Source: Oligoflexia bacterium (GTDB taxonomy: Bacteria; Bdellovibrionota; UBA1018). Taken from it: DNA of 32,345 nt. The notes under the pieces were generated by a model, which saw nothing but the letters and a program-made list of their open reading frames with translations, did no database searches and was not told the DNA's origin. Of this stretch, positions 8,661 through 16,760 are shown one piece after another (the stretch's first letter is position 1; each line of letters starts with the position of its first letter). The stretch spans positions 1 to 32,345 of the forward strand of contig JANXTV010000250.1 of assembly GCA_025352185.1 (NCBI GenBank), given 5' to 3'. Position numbers and translations under genes: made by a program.

Positions 8661-10344
8661 GAACTCTTTCCTGGTGGGTCTGGTCGCGCTCCTTTGCGCG
8701 GCCGGGCCCGCTCGGGCATCTTACGACGAAAAGAATTATTGCCAGGAGCGCTCGCGGGGCGACGTTCGAAGTTTATGCGCGGGGCGAACGCTCCCGTACG
8801 ATCAGGTCCGAAATAAAAAGAATCACGAACTCGTGTGTACTTCGAACGTGGATAATTACGTTCGATTTCCGCAGACCCAAGTTTCCCACGAAGAGTGGTC
8901 GGGTCTGATTTCCGCGAACCAGAAGCAAGCCGCTTACGATTTAAAGCGGAAGCTTCCGGCCATCGAGTGGTCGGGAACGATTCCGTACGAGACGGTCGAA
9001 GAGTGGGATTACGAAGAGTGTGAGCGCGTGACGCAGTCTGTTCCCTGCGGTACGCACCAGGTCTGCGAAAACGTCGAGCACGACGTACCGACTTACGACA
9101 CGGACGGAAAGCAAACGGGATCGAAGAAGGTAAAAGAGAAAGTCTGTAATGACGAACCGAATACGTGCTGGACGGACGTAACCCATGGCGCGAGTCAGTT
9201 CTGCAGTAACGAATCCATGAAGTTCAGTGCGCGGTACGAGCGCCCTTCGACGGCCGAGTGGAACATTAACTCGCCCAATTTTATGGACGTCATTCCGAAT
9301 AAATACGATCTCCTGCCGGGAGAGACGGAAGTGGTTCAGGTTTATAATACCTCCCGACGGTCTACGCGACTGAGTCCAAGCGTCGAGATTGGAGACGCTT
9401 GGAATAAATACGATACCTCGCGGATCACGGGTACCGCCGTGGGCGCTACCTGTCGACAAAACTCAAACTATTCGTTCGACCTAACCGTGCGTACGATTGA
9501 ACGTGACGCCGGGAAGGCGTCTCCGAATGCATTTCGTTTCCCGGTGGACTGGGAAGGGAACGCCATCGAGCCGATCGTATGGAAATCTGCGAACGACCGC
9601 CGTTCGGGTAAGACCGTCGATAAGGCCGTACCGATTAAGGTCCAACTCGACGATACGTCGGCGGGGATTATTTCTCTAATGGCAGAGCAGTCTCGCCGGA
9701 ATGCCGAGCGAGAAGCGACGAAGGTTGCGGTAGGGAAAGGCGCGAACGCGAAGGACCGAGCCGAGTTCCAAAAGATCGGAAAGAAGACCGACGGGTACTG
9801 GAAAAGTACGAAAGTACGCGTAAAGCTTTATCGCCAGGTAAAATACTGGTGGGATACGTTCCGTGGTGCGGAAAAGGTCGCTGAAATCGATGCCATTTCA
9901 CCGACCATGAATTTCCTCGCGACGAATGAAGAAGTAAAATTTTCGGATCTCTGGGCGATCCCGCTTACGGCGGACGGTGGAAATTCAGACCCAAAAACTT
10001 TCCGAGGGATCTTCGACAGTAAACACATGAAGCCGAATCGCGCCTACACGCTCGAAGTTTCGGTTTACCAACCGCACGTACCTTTCTATAAACAGTCTTG
10101 CGACGATAATCCGAAGCAAAGTTGGCGCTGTAAAAAGTTCTGGCGTGCCCTCGGCATGGGTATTGGTGAGGATCGGTATTTTTCGAAGCCCCTTAAGGTC
10201 CCGTTTCGGGCCCCGAAGGAGTACGATGGTCGAGGCTGGTTTAAACGGAGTTGGATCTCAAACGCTCCCGATAACTTCATGACCTGGATTTTCGGCGGCG
10301 ATGTGAAGCTCGATTCCGAAAAGGGAATGGGGAAAAAGAAATGA
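8650..10344 (+). CDS. hypothetical secreted Cys-rich protein (operon gene 2 of 3)
   Basis: ATG 8650 overlaps the gene 1 end by 11 nt, with GGAG 9 nt upstream. Signal peptide MTCKNSFLVGLVALLCAAGPARA. 12 Cys in the mature part, most within the first ~190 residues plus a C-terminal pair. No family recognised. Confidence 0.6.
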   Translation: MTCKNSFLVGLVALLCAAGPARASYDEKNYCQERSRGDVRSLCAGRTLPYDQVRNKKNHELVCTSNVDNYVRFPQTQVSHEEWSGLISANQKQAAYDLKRKLPAIEWSGTIPYETVEEWDYEECERVTQSVPCGTHQVCENVEHDVPTYDTDGKQTGSKKVKEKVCNDEPNTCWTDVTHGASQFCSNESMKFSARYERPSTAEWNINSPNFMDVIPNKYDLLPGETEVVQVYNTSRRSTRLSPSVEIGDAWNKYDTSRITGTAVGATCRQNSNYSFDLTVRTIERDAGKASPNAFRFPVDWEGNAIEPIVWKSANDRRSGKTVDKAVPIKVQLDDTSAGIISLMAEQSRRNAEREATKVAVGKGANAKDRAEFQKIGKKTDGYWKSTKVRVKLYRQVKYWWDTFRGAEKVAEIDAISPTMNFLATNEEVKFSDLWAIPLTADGGNSDPKTFRGIFDSKHMKPNRAYTLEVSVYQPHVPFYKQSCDDNPKQSWRCKKFWRALGMGIGEDRYFSKPLKVPFRAPKEYDGRGWFKRSWISNAPDNFMTWIFGGDVKLDSEKGMGKKK

Positions 10345-11888
10345 AGCCACATCTATTTCAATCGTTCGTAGCGCTAGCGGTCGTCTCGTCGATGACGGGT
10401 TCCGCCGTTGCCGCGCCCCTTACGAGCTACCGCAGCTGTCAGAAGTTGGGTGACGAAAACGTAAAGGCGGTACAGCGGTTAGTAAAGATCCGGCAGGCAC
10501 TCGGGACGAATGGAAATCTCGTACCGCAGTTAACCGTCCCGATCTTCGCGATGCAGTTCCCACCGCCCCCGGCCGTAAAACCGCGCCGGCAGAGCTTCTC
10601 GAACTACTTCCGGGATCTCGCGAGATCAGCGACCGAAAGGTTCCATCACGAAGTTCGCTACCAGTCGCCGGAATCGTTCTCTCCCGCCCAGTCGATCGAC
10701 GAGTTTCGCGAGGTTTCGAAAGCTAAGCAGGATTCAATTATTTTAGGATACCTGAATTCAAAGTCGCGTAAGGCGAAAGTGAATGGACCTGACGGACGGC
10801 CGATGGAACTCTGGGGAATGGACGCGCTCCTCTCCGATCTCGTTGGATACGTAATCCTTGCGCAGAAAGAAACGGATGCCTACGCGTGGGTACCGATTCC
10901 CCAGGGAGAACTCGAACTTCGCGACCGGCTCCAGGGCTACTTTTCGAAGGCGGGGGTTAATTCAGCCGGTGAGAGTGTTTTCGACATTCTGGGAAAACTC
11001 CACGACACGGAGATTCGCGAGGGTCAGATCGATGAGATCCATTTCACGAATGATATGAGCCCCTTTTCATTTCCGTTTCTGCCGCAAGCCGGTGGATTCA
11101 TGGATGCGAATGTGCTCCGGAAATACTATTCTTCGACTTTTCCGGATTCCGAAAAAGTTTCTCTCACTCTCGATATGTTGCTGAATCTACGTACGGGTCG
11201 TGAAGATGCCTTCGTGGCCGTCCAGGAAACCTTAGTTCATTACCTCGAGCGGCAGCGGGAAGTTTTCGGCCGCCGGAGAGCCCAGCTTACGTCGATGACC
11301 TACGAATTTAAGAAGTACGTGAAGGCATTTAAGAATATCAATGCGCTCCTCCTCACTCACCAGGCGGAAATTTTCGAATACTTCTCTGGAAATAAGGCGG
11401 CGGCGACGGCCAGTATTGCCCAGGCGATGGCCGACATGATCGCGAGCGACCCCGAAATGGCGTTTGCTAATCAAGTGAATGAGTTTCTCGAAGGGCGCGT
11501 AAAGTACGACGGAAAAGACGAGCTTAAGTTTATCGAGGGCCGGATGAATAAGATCGATATCGTGATGGGCACGTTACACCAAAAACTTTCCGGTACGCTT
11601 ACGACCCACCAAAAGATCGCTCGCTTAAATACGAAGCAGGTCGCTTACCTGATCGACTTTTTTCTCCAAGCTAAGGGCTCGGAGATTCTTACCCGTAAGG
11701 AAAGTGCGAATCTCGCCGCTTACTTCGAGAATAAAGGGGGTTGCGTGGCCGGTGCGACCTCGGCTGACTACCCTTATTTTCGGAACACTTCGCGCCTCTT
11801 AAGCGAGCTCGAGGAGACGCTCACAATCGACGCCGCCCGTTCGATCGCGAAGGAAAAAGACCTCGAGGAGATCCGAAGCGGATCTTAG
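10341..11888 (+). CDS. hypothetical secreted protein (operon gene 3 of 3)
   Basis: ATGA overlap with the gene 2 stop. Signal peptide MKPHLFQSFVALAVVSSMTGSAVAAP. Contains a PPPPAVKP stretch; the rest looks helical. No family recognised. Confidence 0.6.
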   Translation: MKPHLFQSFVALAVVSSMTGSAVAAPLTSYRSCQKLGDENVKAVQRLVKIRQALGTNGNLVPQLTVPIFAMQFPPPPAVKPRRQSFSNYFRDLARSATERFHHEVRYQSPESFSPAQSIDEFREVSKAKQDSIILGYLNSKSRKAKVNGPDGRPMELWGMDALLSDLVGYVILAQKETDAYAWVPIPQGELELRDRLQGYFSKAGVNSAGESVFDILGKLHDTEIREGQIDEIHFTNDMSPFSFPFLPQAGGFMDANVLRKYYSSTFPDSEKVSLTLDMLLNLRTGREDAFVAVQETLVHYLERQREVFGRRRAQLTSMTYEFKKYVKAFKNINALLLTHQAEIFEYFSGNKAAATASIAQAMADMIASDPEMAFANQVNEFLEGRVKYDGKDELKFIEGRMNKIDIVMGTLHQKLSGTLTTHQKIARLNTKQVAYLIDFFLQAKGSEILTRKESANLAAYFENKGGCVAGATSADYPYFRNTSRLLSELEETLTIDAARSIAKEKDLEEIRSGS

Positions 11889-11918
11889 TCGATTCGGTGT
11901 AGGCTATTCGGTCTTCGC

Positions 11919-12707
11919 TCAGCGAAGTTCCGGAAGTTCGTCCTGAATCTTCGTGAGGGCTGCTTTCGCCCACGTGTCGGCGAGTTCGCGTCCGTCTTCT
12001 CCGAGTTGTGAGAAGTGAACTCCGTCGCCGCCCTCACTCGGGTAACCGACGAATCGGTGGGTAGAGATATAAGGGCAATTCTTATCCACGGCTTGCTGGA
12101 TCGCGACGTCGACTTCACTTAATTTTATTTGGGTCGTATCGGGAGTGAGCTTTCCGATTTTACGCAGATCAGCGGGTCCAACCCACACGCACTTAGCGCC
12201 GGAGTCCAGAATCGTTTTTACGAATGCCGCGGTCATTTTTTTTATCGCCGCGGGAGTGTAACCCCCGACAAAGTTTGTCCCGAGCGAGACGATCACAATC
12301 GAAGGAGTGTGGCGGCTCAGGAGGGTGGCGAGAGTCGGAATCGCAGATTTTTTTGGGTAAGGGACGAATATTTTCCGTTTCGATGTCTTTTCGAAATAAC
12401 CACATTTCGTCGGAGTGCCGTTTACCCAACTATCGGTTCTTGAACCACAGGAGCCATAGGTCGAAAGGTCGATGTGGGAGTTTTCTTCGAGGAGTTCCGA
12501 GAGGCGTAATCCGGTCGAATTCGTTTTCGTGTGTTTCGTGCTACTGTTTCCGGTCGTTTGCGAATCGCCGATCAGAAGAACAGAAGTCGTGGAACTGGGA
12601 TCCCGAACCCCGCTCCGGTCCGCGTCGCTCGGTGAGCTCGCGCAGGCACCGAATAAGAGGAGCGAAAGAATCGTAAGCGCACGGACAGATCGGTTTTGCA
12701 TCACCAT
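11919..12707 (-). CDS. SGNH/GDSL-family hydrolase lipoprotein
   Basis: Lipoprotein-type signal ...LTILSLLLFGAC. SGNH blocks LLIGDSQTTG (GDS), VSLGTNF (GxN) and GDGVHFS (DxxH). The true start is possibly the third-codon ATG at 12701, which has better spacing to GGGAGAG. Confidence 0.75.
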   Translation of the reverse strand: MVMQNRSVRALTILSLLLFGACASSPSDADRSGVRDPSSTTSVLLIGDSQTTGNSSTKHTKTNSTGLRLSELLEENSHIDLSTYGSCGSRTDSWVNGTPTKCGYFEKTSKRKIFVPYPKKSAIPTLATLLSRHTPSIVIVSLGTNFVGGYTPAAIKKMTAAFVKTILDSGAKCVWVGPADLRKIGKLTPDTTQIKLSEVDVAIQQAVDKNCPYISTHRFVGYPSEGGDGVHFSQLGEDGRELADTWAKAALTKIQDELPELR

Positions 12708-12818
12708 CTCTCCCAGAATACCCCATTCGATTTTAGTTTTCCCGGGTCCCTTTTTACCGCGTCACGATTCACTAACTCGGGCGAGCGCTAATATATTGGC
12801 GCCGGAACCTGCGTATCC

Positions 12819-13763
12819 TTATCCGATCGAAATCATCTGCATCAGAGCGTTCTGGCGATCGACGAGTTCCTTCGCCTCGAGGCGCATCAGGCGATGAAGC
12901 GAGAAGTCCTGGACGGTGAAGCTGGCCATCGTGCAGCCCGCGAGTACCGCCCGGCGAAGGAGTCGATCCCATCCGGCGGGATCTTGGGTGGCCATTTCAC
13001 GGGAAGCGCCCTGTTCGGCGAGGAATCCGACAAACGCGCCGGCAAAACTATCGCCCGCTCCGGTCGGATCGATGACTTTATCGACGGGATAAGCGGGCGC
13101 GAGGAAAATGCTTTTCGGCGTGAAGAGCATCGCGCCGTATTCACCGCGTTTCACGATAATTACGCTGGGTCCCATTTCGCGAATCTTTGCCACCGCGAGA
13201 TTTAAGTTCTTCTCTCCGGAGAGGAGGAACGCTTCGGTTTCATTGATCGAGAGGATATCGACCCTTTTTAAGGTTTTCTTAAGTTCGTCGGGCTTTCCGG
13301 TGATCCAGAAGTTCATCGAATCACAGGCCACAAGTTTCGGTTTACGAACCTGATCCAGAACACTCGTTTGGAGGACGGGGTCAATATTCGCCAGGAAAAC
13401 GATGTCGGCATCCTTATGTTTATCATCGAGGCGGGGATCGAAATGTTCGAAAACATTGAGTGCGGTCGAGAGCGTTTTCGCTTCGTTCAGATTTCCGTCG
13501 TAGGATCCGACCCAGTGGAAAGTTTTACCGGCGACGATCTTCACGCCCGTGGTGTCGATCCGACGCGCGGAAAGCCATTCGAGGTGCGCCTTCGGGAAGT
13601 CCTCGCCGACGACGCCCAGGACCTGGACGGGGGCGTAGAAAGAGGCGGCCACGGAGAAGTAATTTACCGATCCGCCGAGAACCTTATCGGCCTTACCGGC
13701 CGGGGTTTGTACGGAATCGAAAGCCATCGAACCAACGGTCAGAATCGTAGAGGGTGTTTTCAC
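12819..13763 (-). CDS. PfkB-family carbohydrate/nucleoside kinase
   Basis: N-terminus ILTVGSMAFDSV and C-terminal DPTGAGDSFAGAFVGFL (PfkB signature region). GTG start at 13763. Confidence 0.8.
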   Translation of the reverse strand: MKTPSTILTVGSMAFDSVQTPAGKADKVLGGSVNYFSVAASFYAPVQVLGVVGEDFPKAHLEWLSARRIDTTGVKIVAGKTFHWVGSYDGNLNEAKTLSTALNVFEHFDPRLDDKHKDADIVFLANIDPVLQTSVLDQVRKPKLVACDSMNFWITGKPDELKKTLKRVDILSINETEAFLLSGEKNLNLAVAKIREMGPSVIIVKRGEYGAMLFTPKSIFLAPAYPVDKVIDPTGAGDSFAGAFVGFLAEQGASREMATQDPAGWDRLLRRAVLAGCTMASFTVQDFSLHRLMRLEAKELVDRQNALMQMISIG

Positions 13764-13771
13764 GGTATCCG

Positions 13772-13800
13772 ATATGAACCGCGGTAACCCGCCTTGTCAA
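13772..13800 (-). promoter_or_regulatory. candidate sigma70-type promoter for the PfkB kinase gene
   Basis: Minus strand reads TTGACA - 17 nt - TCATAT, ending 8 nt upstream of the GTG start. There is no Shine-Dalgarno in between. The -10 is weak. Confidence 0.3.
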
Positions 13801-13822
13801 CTCGGGATTCCGAGTCGTGGGT

Positions 13823-14392
13823 CTAATACTCGATACTTCGGGGGTCCCGCCACGGACCCGCCTTTTTTACGGGGTTTTCGGCGGTGCGGAGGATCGGGAG
13901 TGCCGCTGCCTCGAACGCGGAATAGGCTTCCCACCCGACTCCGAGATTTTCCCAAAGTTCGCGGGAAACGACTGCTCCCGGCCGGGCGATTCCGGGAGCA
14001 TTCTTCAGCTCATAGTAGAGCCAGTCGCCCGCCTCGCGAATCGCGAGGGTGTGGTGGTCTTCCGAGAGGTAGGCGGAAGCTTTAGCTCGAGAATTCTCGG
14101 GCATTTCGGCGTAGGCTTTCTCGCGCCACGCGGGATCTTCGAGCGGCGCGAAGCCGCGACGAAGGACGAGGTCTCTCCAAGCGGATGCGGAGGGCGGATT
14201 CGCCGCGAGCCAGGACATTTTTCCTTCGCTCCGACTTCCCGAATGGGCCCAGGCCGCCAGAATTAGAGCCGCGGGGACGAGGAGCGCCCAGCGCGGGAGT
14301 CGTAATTTTTTAAGACGTTTCGGTAAGCTCGGTATTCGAGTCCGGAGAGTTTCCAATATCCGATCCCGAACGTTGCGAAGAGTGAAACCCAT
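13823..14392 (-). CDS. hypothetical membrane-anchored protein (last gene of the flp module)
   Basis: 189-aa ORF whose ATG lies 7 nt after the stop of the upstream ORF. Basic N-terminus followed by a hydrophobic anchor WALLVPAALILAAWA. No family recognised. Its first ~130 nt overlap another plausible ORF (14263..14442). Confidence 0.45.
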   Translation of the reverse strand: MGFTLRNVRDRILETLRTRIPSLPKRLKKLRLPRWALLVPAALILAAWAHSGSRSEGKMSWLAANPPSASAWRDLVLRRGFAPLEDPAWREKAYAEMPENSRAKASAYLSEDHHTLAIREAGDWLYYELKNAPGIARPGAVVSRELWENLGVGWEAYSAFEAAALPILRTAENPVKKAGPWRDPRSIEY

Positions 14393-14442
14393 AAAATCGC
14401 CTCAATAAAGACTTGTCCAGTTTGCGTGCCAACGGTTTTCAT
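14263..14442 (-). CDS. possible small TadE-like pseudopilin ORF (overlapping; uncertain)
   Basis: Track ORF 14263..14448 (GTG), with an ATG at 14442. MKTVGTQTGQVFIEAILWVSLFATFGIGYWKL resembles the TadE N-terminal motif (G-Q-x-x-x-E plus a hydrophobic helix). It overlaps the end of 14402..15031 and the start of 13823..14392 in another frame. Confidence 0.3.
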   Translation of the reverse strand: MKTVGTQTGQVFIEAILWVSLFATFGIGYWKLSGLEYRAYRNVLKNYDSRAGRSSSPRL

Positions 14443-15031
14443 TTCCACCGCCCCTTTCGTTTCCGAATTTTACCCGCGCGGCAGAATCCCGATTTGATTT
14501 CCAAAGTCGAATCACGAGTCCGCTCTTCTTTTCGCCCTCCCAGGCGAGGGGCAACGCGCCTACCGGATCATCGGGCGGTCGCCACCACTTTAAATTTGGG
14601 AGCGGAAGGAAGAGGTCTCCCTTTCGGTCGCAACCGGCGAGCGCAATCCAACTCGCCTGACGGGCCCGCCATTTCATCCGGAGCAGTTCCTGAATTCCGA
14701 CTTCCGCGAAGAGAATGGGTTTTACGGACTCGAGTGATGCCCCAGCACTCGGAATCGCCGCGGCGGCGGCGGCCGCCCGCTCGATCTGCATGCGCACGTT
14801 CGAAGATTCGATACTGTTTTGGATTTCCGAAAGTTCCCGCGCCGTACGTTCGACGCAGGCGTCGATACGGAGTTGGAGCGAAACTTTCGATTTCCATAAA
14901 AGATCGACTCCCACCGAAGCGGTTACGGCCGAGGCGAGGATCACGGAGAGGAAGAGAAAGGGGAGCGTGATACTCCCGAATTCCGCTTCTCGAGGTAGGG
15001 GAGAAACAGCGTTTCCGTATGAGTTCCGCAA
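14402..15031 (-). CDS. hypothetical protein with hydrophobic N-terminus (pilus-associated by context)
   Basis: 209-aa ORF with a TTG start at 15031. An alternative GTG start overlaps the upstream stop (GTGA at about 14944). N-terminal helix ITLPFLFLSVILASAVTASVGV and a poly-Ala run. No family recognised. Confidence 0.45.
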   Translation of the reverse strand: MRNSYGNAVSPLPREAEFGSITLPFLFLSVILASAVTASVGVDLLWKSKVSLQLRIDACVERTARELSEIQNSIESSNVRMQIERAAAAAAAIPSAGASLESVKPILFAEVGIQELLRMKWRARQASWIALAGCDRKGDLFLPLPNLKWWRPPDDPVGALPLAWEGEKKSGLVIRLWKSNRDSAARVKFGNERGGGNENRWHANWTSLY

Positions 15032-15255
15032 ACTAATCTCCCTTCAATTCCGGATTCCGTCCGCGAAAGCGTGACCCGGCTCGTTCGGCGTGAGTCGTGG
15101 ACCGCGGAATGGACGCCTTCGAAAACGAGGCGACTGCATTCCGTTCGTCGATACGCCGCGATTCCTATTCCGTACGTGCCCGCTAAAACGAGGGCGATGA
15201 CCGGAATGATCAGAATCATTTCGAGGAGTGACTGGCCCCTCTCCCGGATCTCCAT
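14941..15255 (-). CDS. TadE-like pseudopilin
   Basis: ATG at 15255 overlaps the flp stop (TGATG). MEIRERGQSLLEMILIIPVIALVLAGTYGIG matches the TadE N-terminal pattern (R-G-Q-x-x-x-E followed by a hydrophobic helix). Confidence 0.65.
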   Translation of the reverse strand: MEIRERGQSLLEMILIIPVIALVLAGTYGIGIAAYRRTECSRLVFEGVHSAVHDSRRTSRVTLSRTESGIEGRLVCGTHTETLFLPYLEKRNSGVSRSPFSSSP

Positions 15256-15443
15256 CAATCCGGATTCACCGAGAGCGCCTGGATTTTTTCTTTCGCCGCC
15301 TTAAAGCGATTCGTGATGGCTCCGCCCATTTGCGTGACGATCGTAATGCTCGCCACGGAAATGAGAATCATCAGGACGAGGTATTCGGTGAGTCCCTGTC
15401 CGTTTTCGTTACCTAAGACCCTTACTTTTTTCGTGTTGTTCAT
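15255..15443 (-). CDS. flp: Flp-family type IVb pilin
   Basis: Track ORF 15255..15536 trimmed to ATG 15443, with GGAGGA just upstream. The 62-aa product is MNNTKKVRVLGNENGQGLTEYLVLMILISVASITIV..., showing the Flp G/xxxxEY prepilin motif followed by a hydrophobic helix. Confidence 0.75.
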   Translation of the reverse strand: MNNTKKVRVLGNENGQGLTEYLVLMILISVASITIVTQMGGAITNRFKAAKEKIQALSVNPD

Positions 15444-15562
15444 CGTTCCTCCGGTCATTTCCTTAAGGAAGACCCGTGCCGAATCGGTGGCCCGTTCCTC
15501 CGCTCCGAAGGCGAAATGCCAGCGAATCTCGGACATTCGGTCTACTTTTCGGATCAGACGAA

Positions 15563-15592
15563 TTGACTTTGGTTGTCATCGGCCGGTAGGAT
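15563..15592 (+). promoter_or_regulatory. candidate sigma70-type promoter for the SPOR gene
   Basis: TTGACT (15563-15568) - 18 nt - TAGGAT (15587-15592), followed by TAAGGAAA and the TTG start at 15614. Confidence 0.35.
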
Positions 15593-15613
15593 TTAGGGAC
15601 GTAAGGAAATCGC

Positions 15614-16354
15614 TTGGACCAAAAAAGACGCCTCTTTATCTATGACCGGAAAGAAGTGGGAGTGCTCATCCTCCTCGGGGTCGGCGTCGCGCTTTTCGCG
15701 TTTACCCTCGGGGTTCACCTCGGAAAACAGGTCGTTCCGAAAGCGATCGAAACGACCGGGGAAGTGAAAGCCGTCGACCCGCTCACGGCGGCCCAGGAAC
15801 AAGCGCCGAGTCGAACCGAGATTTCCCAGGAAGTGAAACACGTCCCGGGCGCAGTCGATGAGACGCTCGACCAGAGCCTTCGGGACGAGATCGCGAAGAC
15901 GGGCCTTCAGGTGGAAAAGCCTCGCCAAGTCGAGCTCCCCGAAAAGGTCCGGAAAAAGGAGCTCACCTCCCCAGAAGTAGGCGCCGAACCTGACGCTTCG
16001 CATAAGGAAGTGAAGGATTCTGGACACGGGGTTCCGAAGCAAGCCCCCGTGAAGGTGACTAAAGTGAATGTCCCGATTTCATCGGCGGTCTCCCGTTATA
16101 CCCTCCAGGTCGGATCCTATCCGAGTCTCCACGATGCCGAACCCGAGCTTCTGAAGTTGAACGAAAATGGGCTCCGTGCTGAAGTTCGGGAAGTCGAAAT
16201 TTCTGGTAAAGGGAAATGGTTCCGACTTTTCGTCGGTCAGTTCGATACCGTAAAGGATGCGGATAAGGCCGGTAAAAACTTTCGTAAAGAGCGCCGGATC
16301 GCCGACTTCGTCGTCGTGCGGGCGCCCGAAGCTTCGGCAACGAAGTCCGAATAG
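15614..16354 (+). CDS. SPOR domain-containing membrane protein
   Basis: TTG start and an N-terminal TM helix VGVLILLGVGVALFAFTLGV. C-terminal YTLQVGSYPSLHDAEPELLKLNENGLRAEVREVEISGKGKWFRLFVGQFDTVKDADKAGKNF fits the SPOR peptidoglycan-binding repeat pattern. Confidence 0.75.
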   Translation: MDQKRRLFIYDRKEVGVLILLGVGVALFAFTLGVHLGKQVVPKAIETTGEVKAVDPLTAAQEQAPSRTEISQEVKHVPGAVDETLDQSLRDEIAKTGLQVEKPRQVELPEKVRKKELTSPEVGAEPDASHKEVKDSGHGVPKQAPVKVTKVNVPISSAVSRYTLQVGSYPSLHDAEPELLKLNENGLRAEVREVEISGKGKWFRLFVGQFDTVKDADKAGKNFRKERRIADFVVVRAPEASATKSE

Positions 16355-16361
16355 AAAATTA

Positions 16362-16745
16362 ATGAAGGAAGCATTCAAAATGGCAAAGGCACCCATTCAG
16401 CGCGTGGAAAAACCGTGGGGCTACGAGCTCATCTGGGCCCAGACGAAAGATTACGTCGGGAAGATACTCCACATTAAAAAGGGGCATAAGCTTTCGCTCC
16501 AGTATCACCAGATTAAAGAAGAGACGATTCTCGTTTCCTCGGGAAAGATGAACTTCGTTTTCGAAAACGACCAAGGTGTTCTCGAAGAAATTCTTATGGT
16601 GGCGGGTGAAGCGCACCATATCCCCACGGGGAAGAAGCACCGGATGATTGCGGTCGAAGACTGCGACATCTTCGAAGTATCGACTCCGCACCTGGCCGAC
16701 GTCGTACGACTCGAAGACAGTTACGGCCGCACTCCTGAAAAGTGA
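16362..16745 (+). CDS. cupin-domain protein (type II phosphomannose isomerase-like cupin)
   Basis: EKPWGYELIWAQTKDYVGKILHIKKGHKLSLQYHQIKEETILVSSG...HHIPTGKKHRM shows a cupin_2/PMI type II pattern. Start is either ATG 16362 or ATG 16380 (the latter is better spaced from GAAGGA). Confidence 0.75.
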   Translation: MKEAFKMAKAPIQRVEKPWGYELIWAQTKDYVGKILHIKKGHKLSLQYHQIKEETILVSSGKMNFVFENDQGVLEEILMVAGEAHHIPTGKKHRMIAVEDCDIFEVSTPHLADVVRLEDSYGRTPEK

Positions 16746-16760
16746 TCGGTAATTTACCGC

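Noticed and set aside
14757-14780. GC-rich triplet run (gccgcggcggcggcggccgcccgc)
   Set aside because: It encodes a poly-Ala stretch (AAAAAAA) inside ORF 14402..15031. It is not an independent repeat element.
15505-15521. Possible sigma54 promoter (TGGCAT...) upstream of flp on the minus strand
   Set aside because: The GG-to-GC spacing does not fit the -24/-12 geometry (TGGCAC-N5-TTGC). Only the first half resembles the consensus.
15593-16042. 149-aa minus-strand ORF opposite the SPOR gene
   Set aside because: A shadow ORF. The plus-strand frame carries the TM helix and the SPOR domain, and the minus-strand translation has no features.
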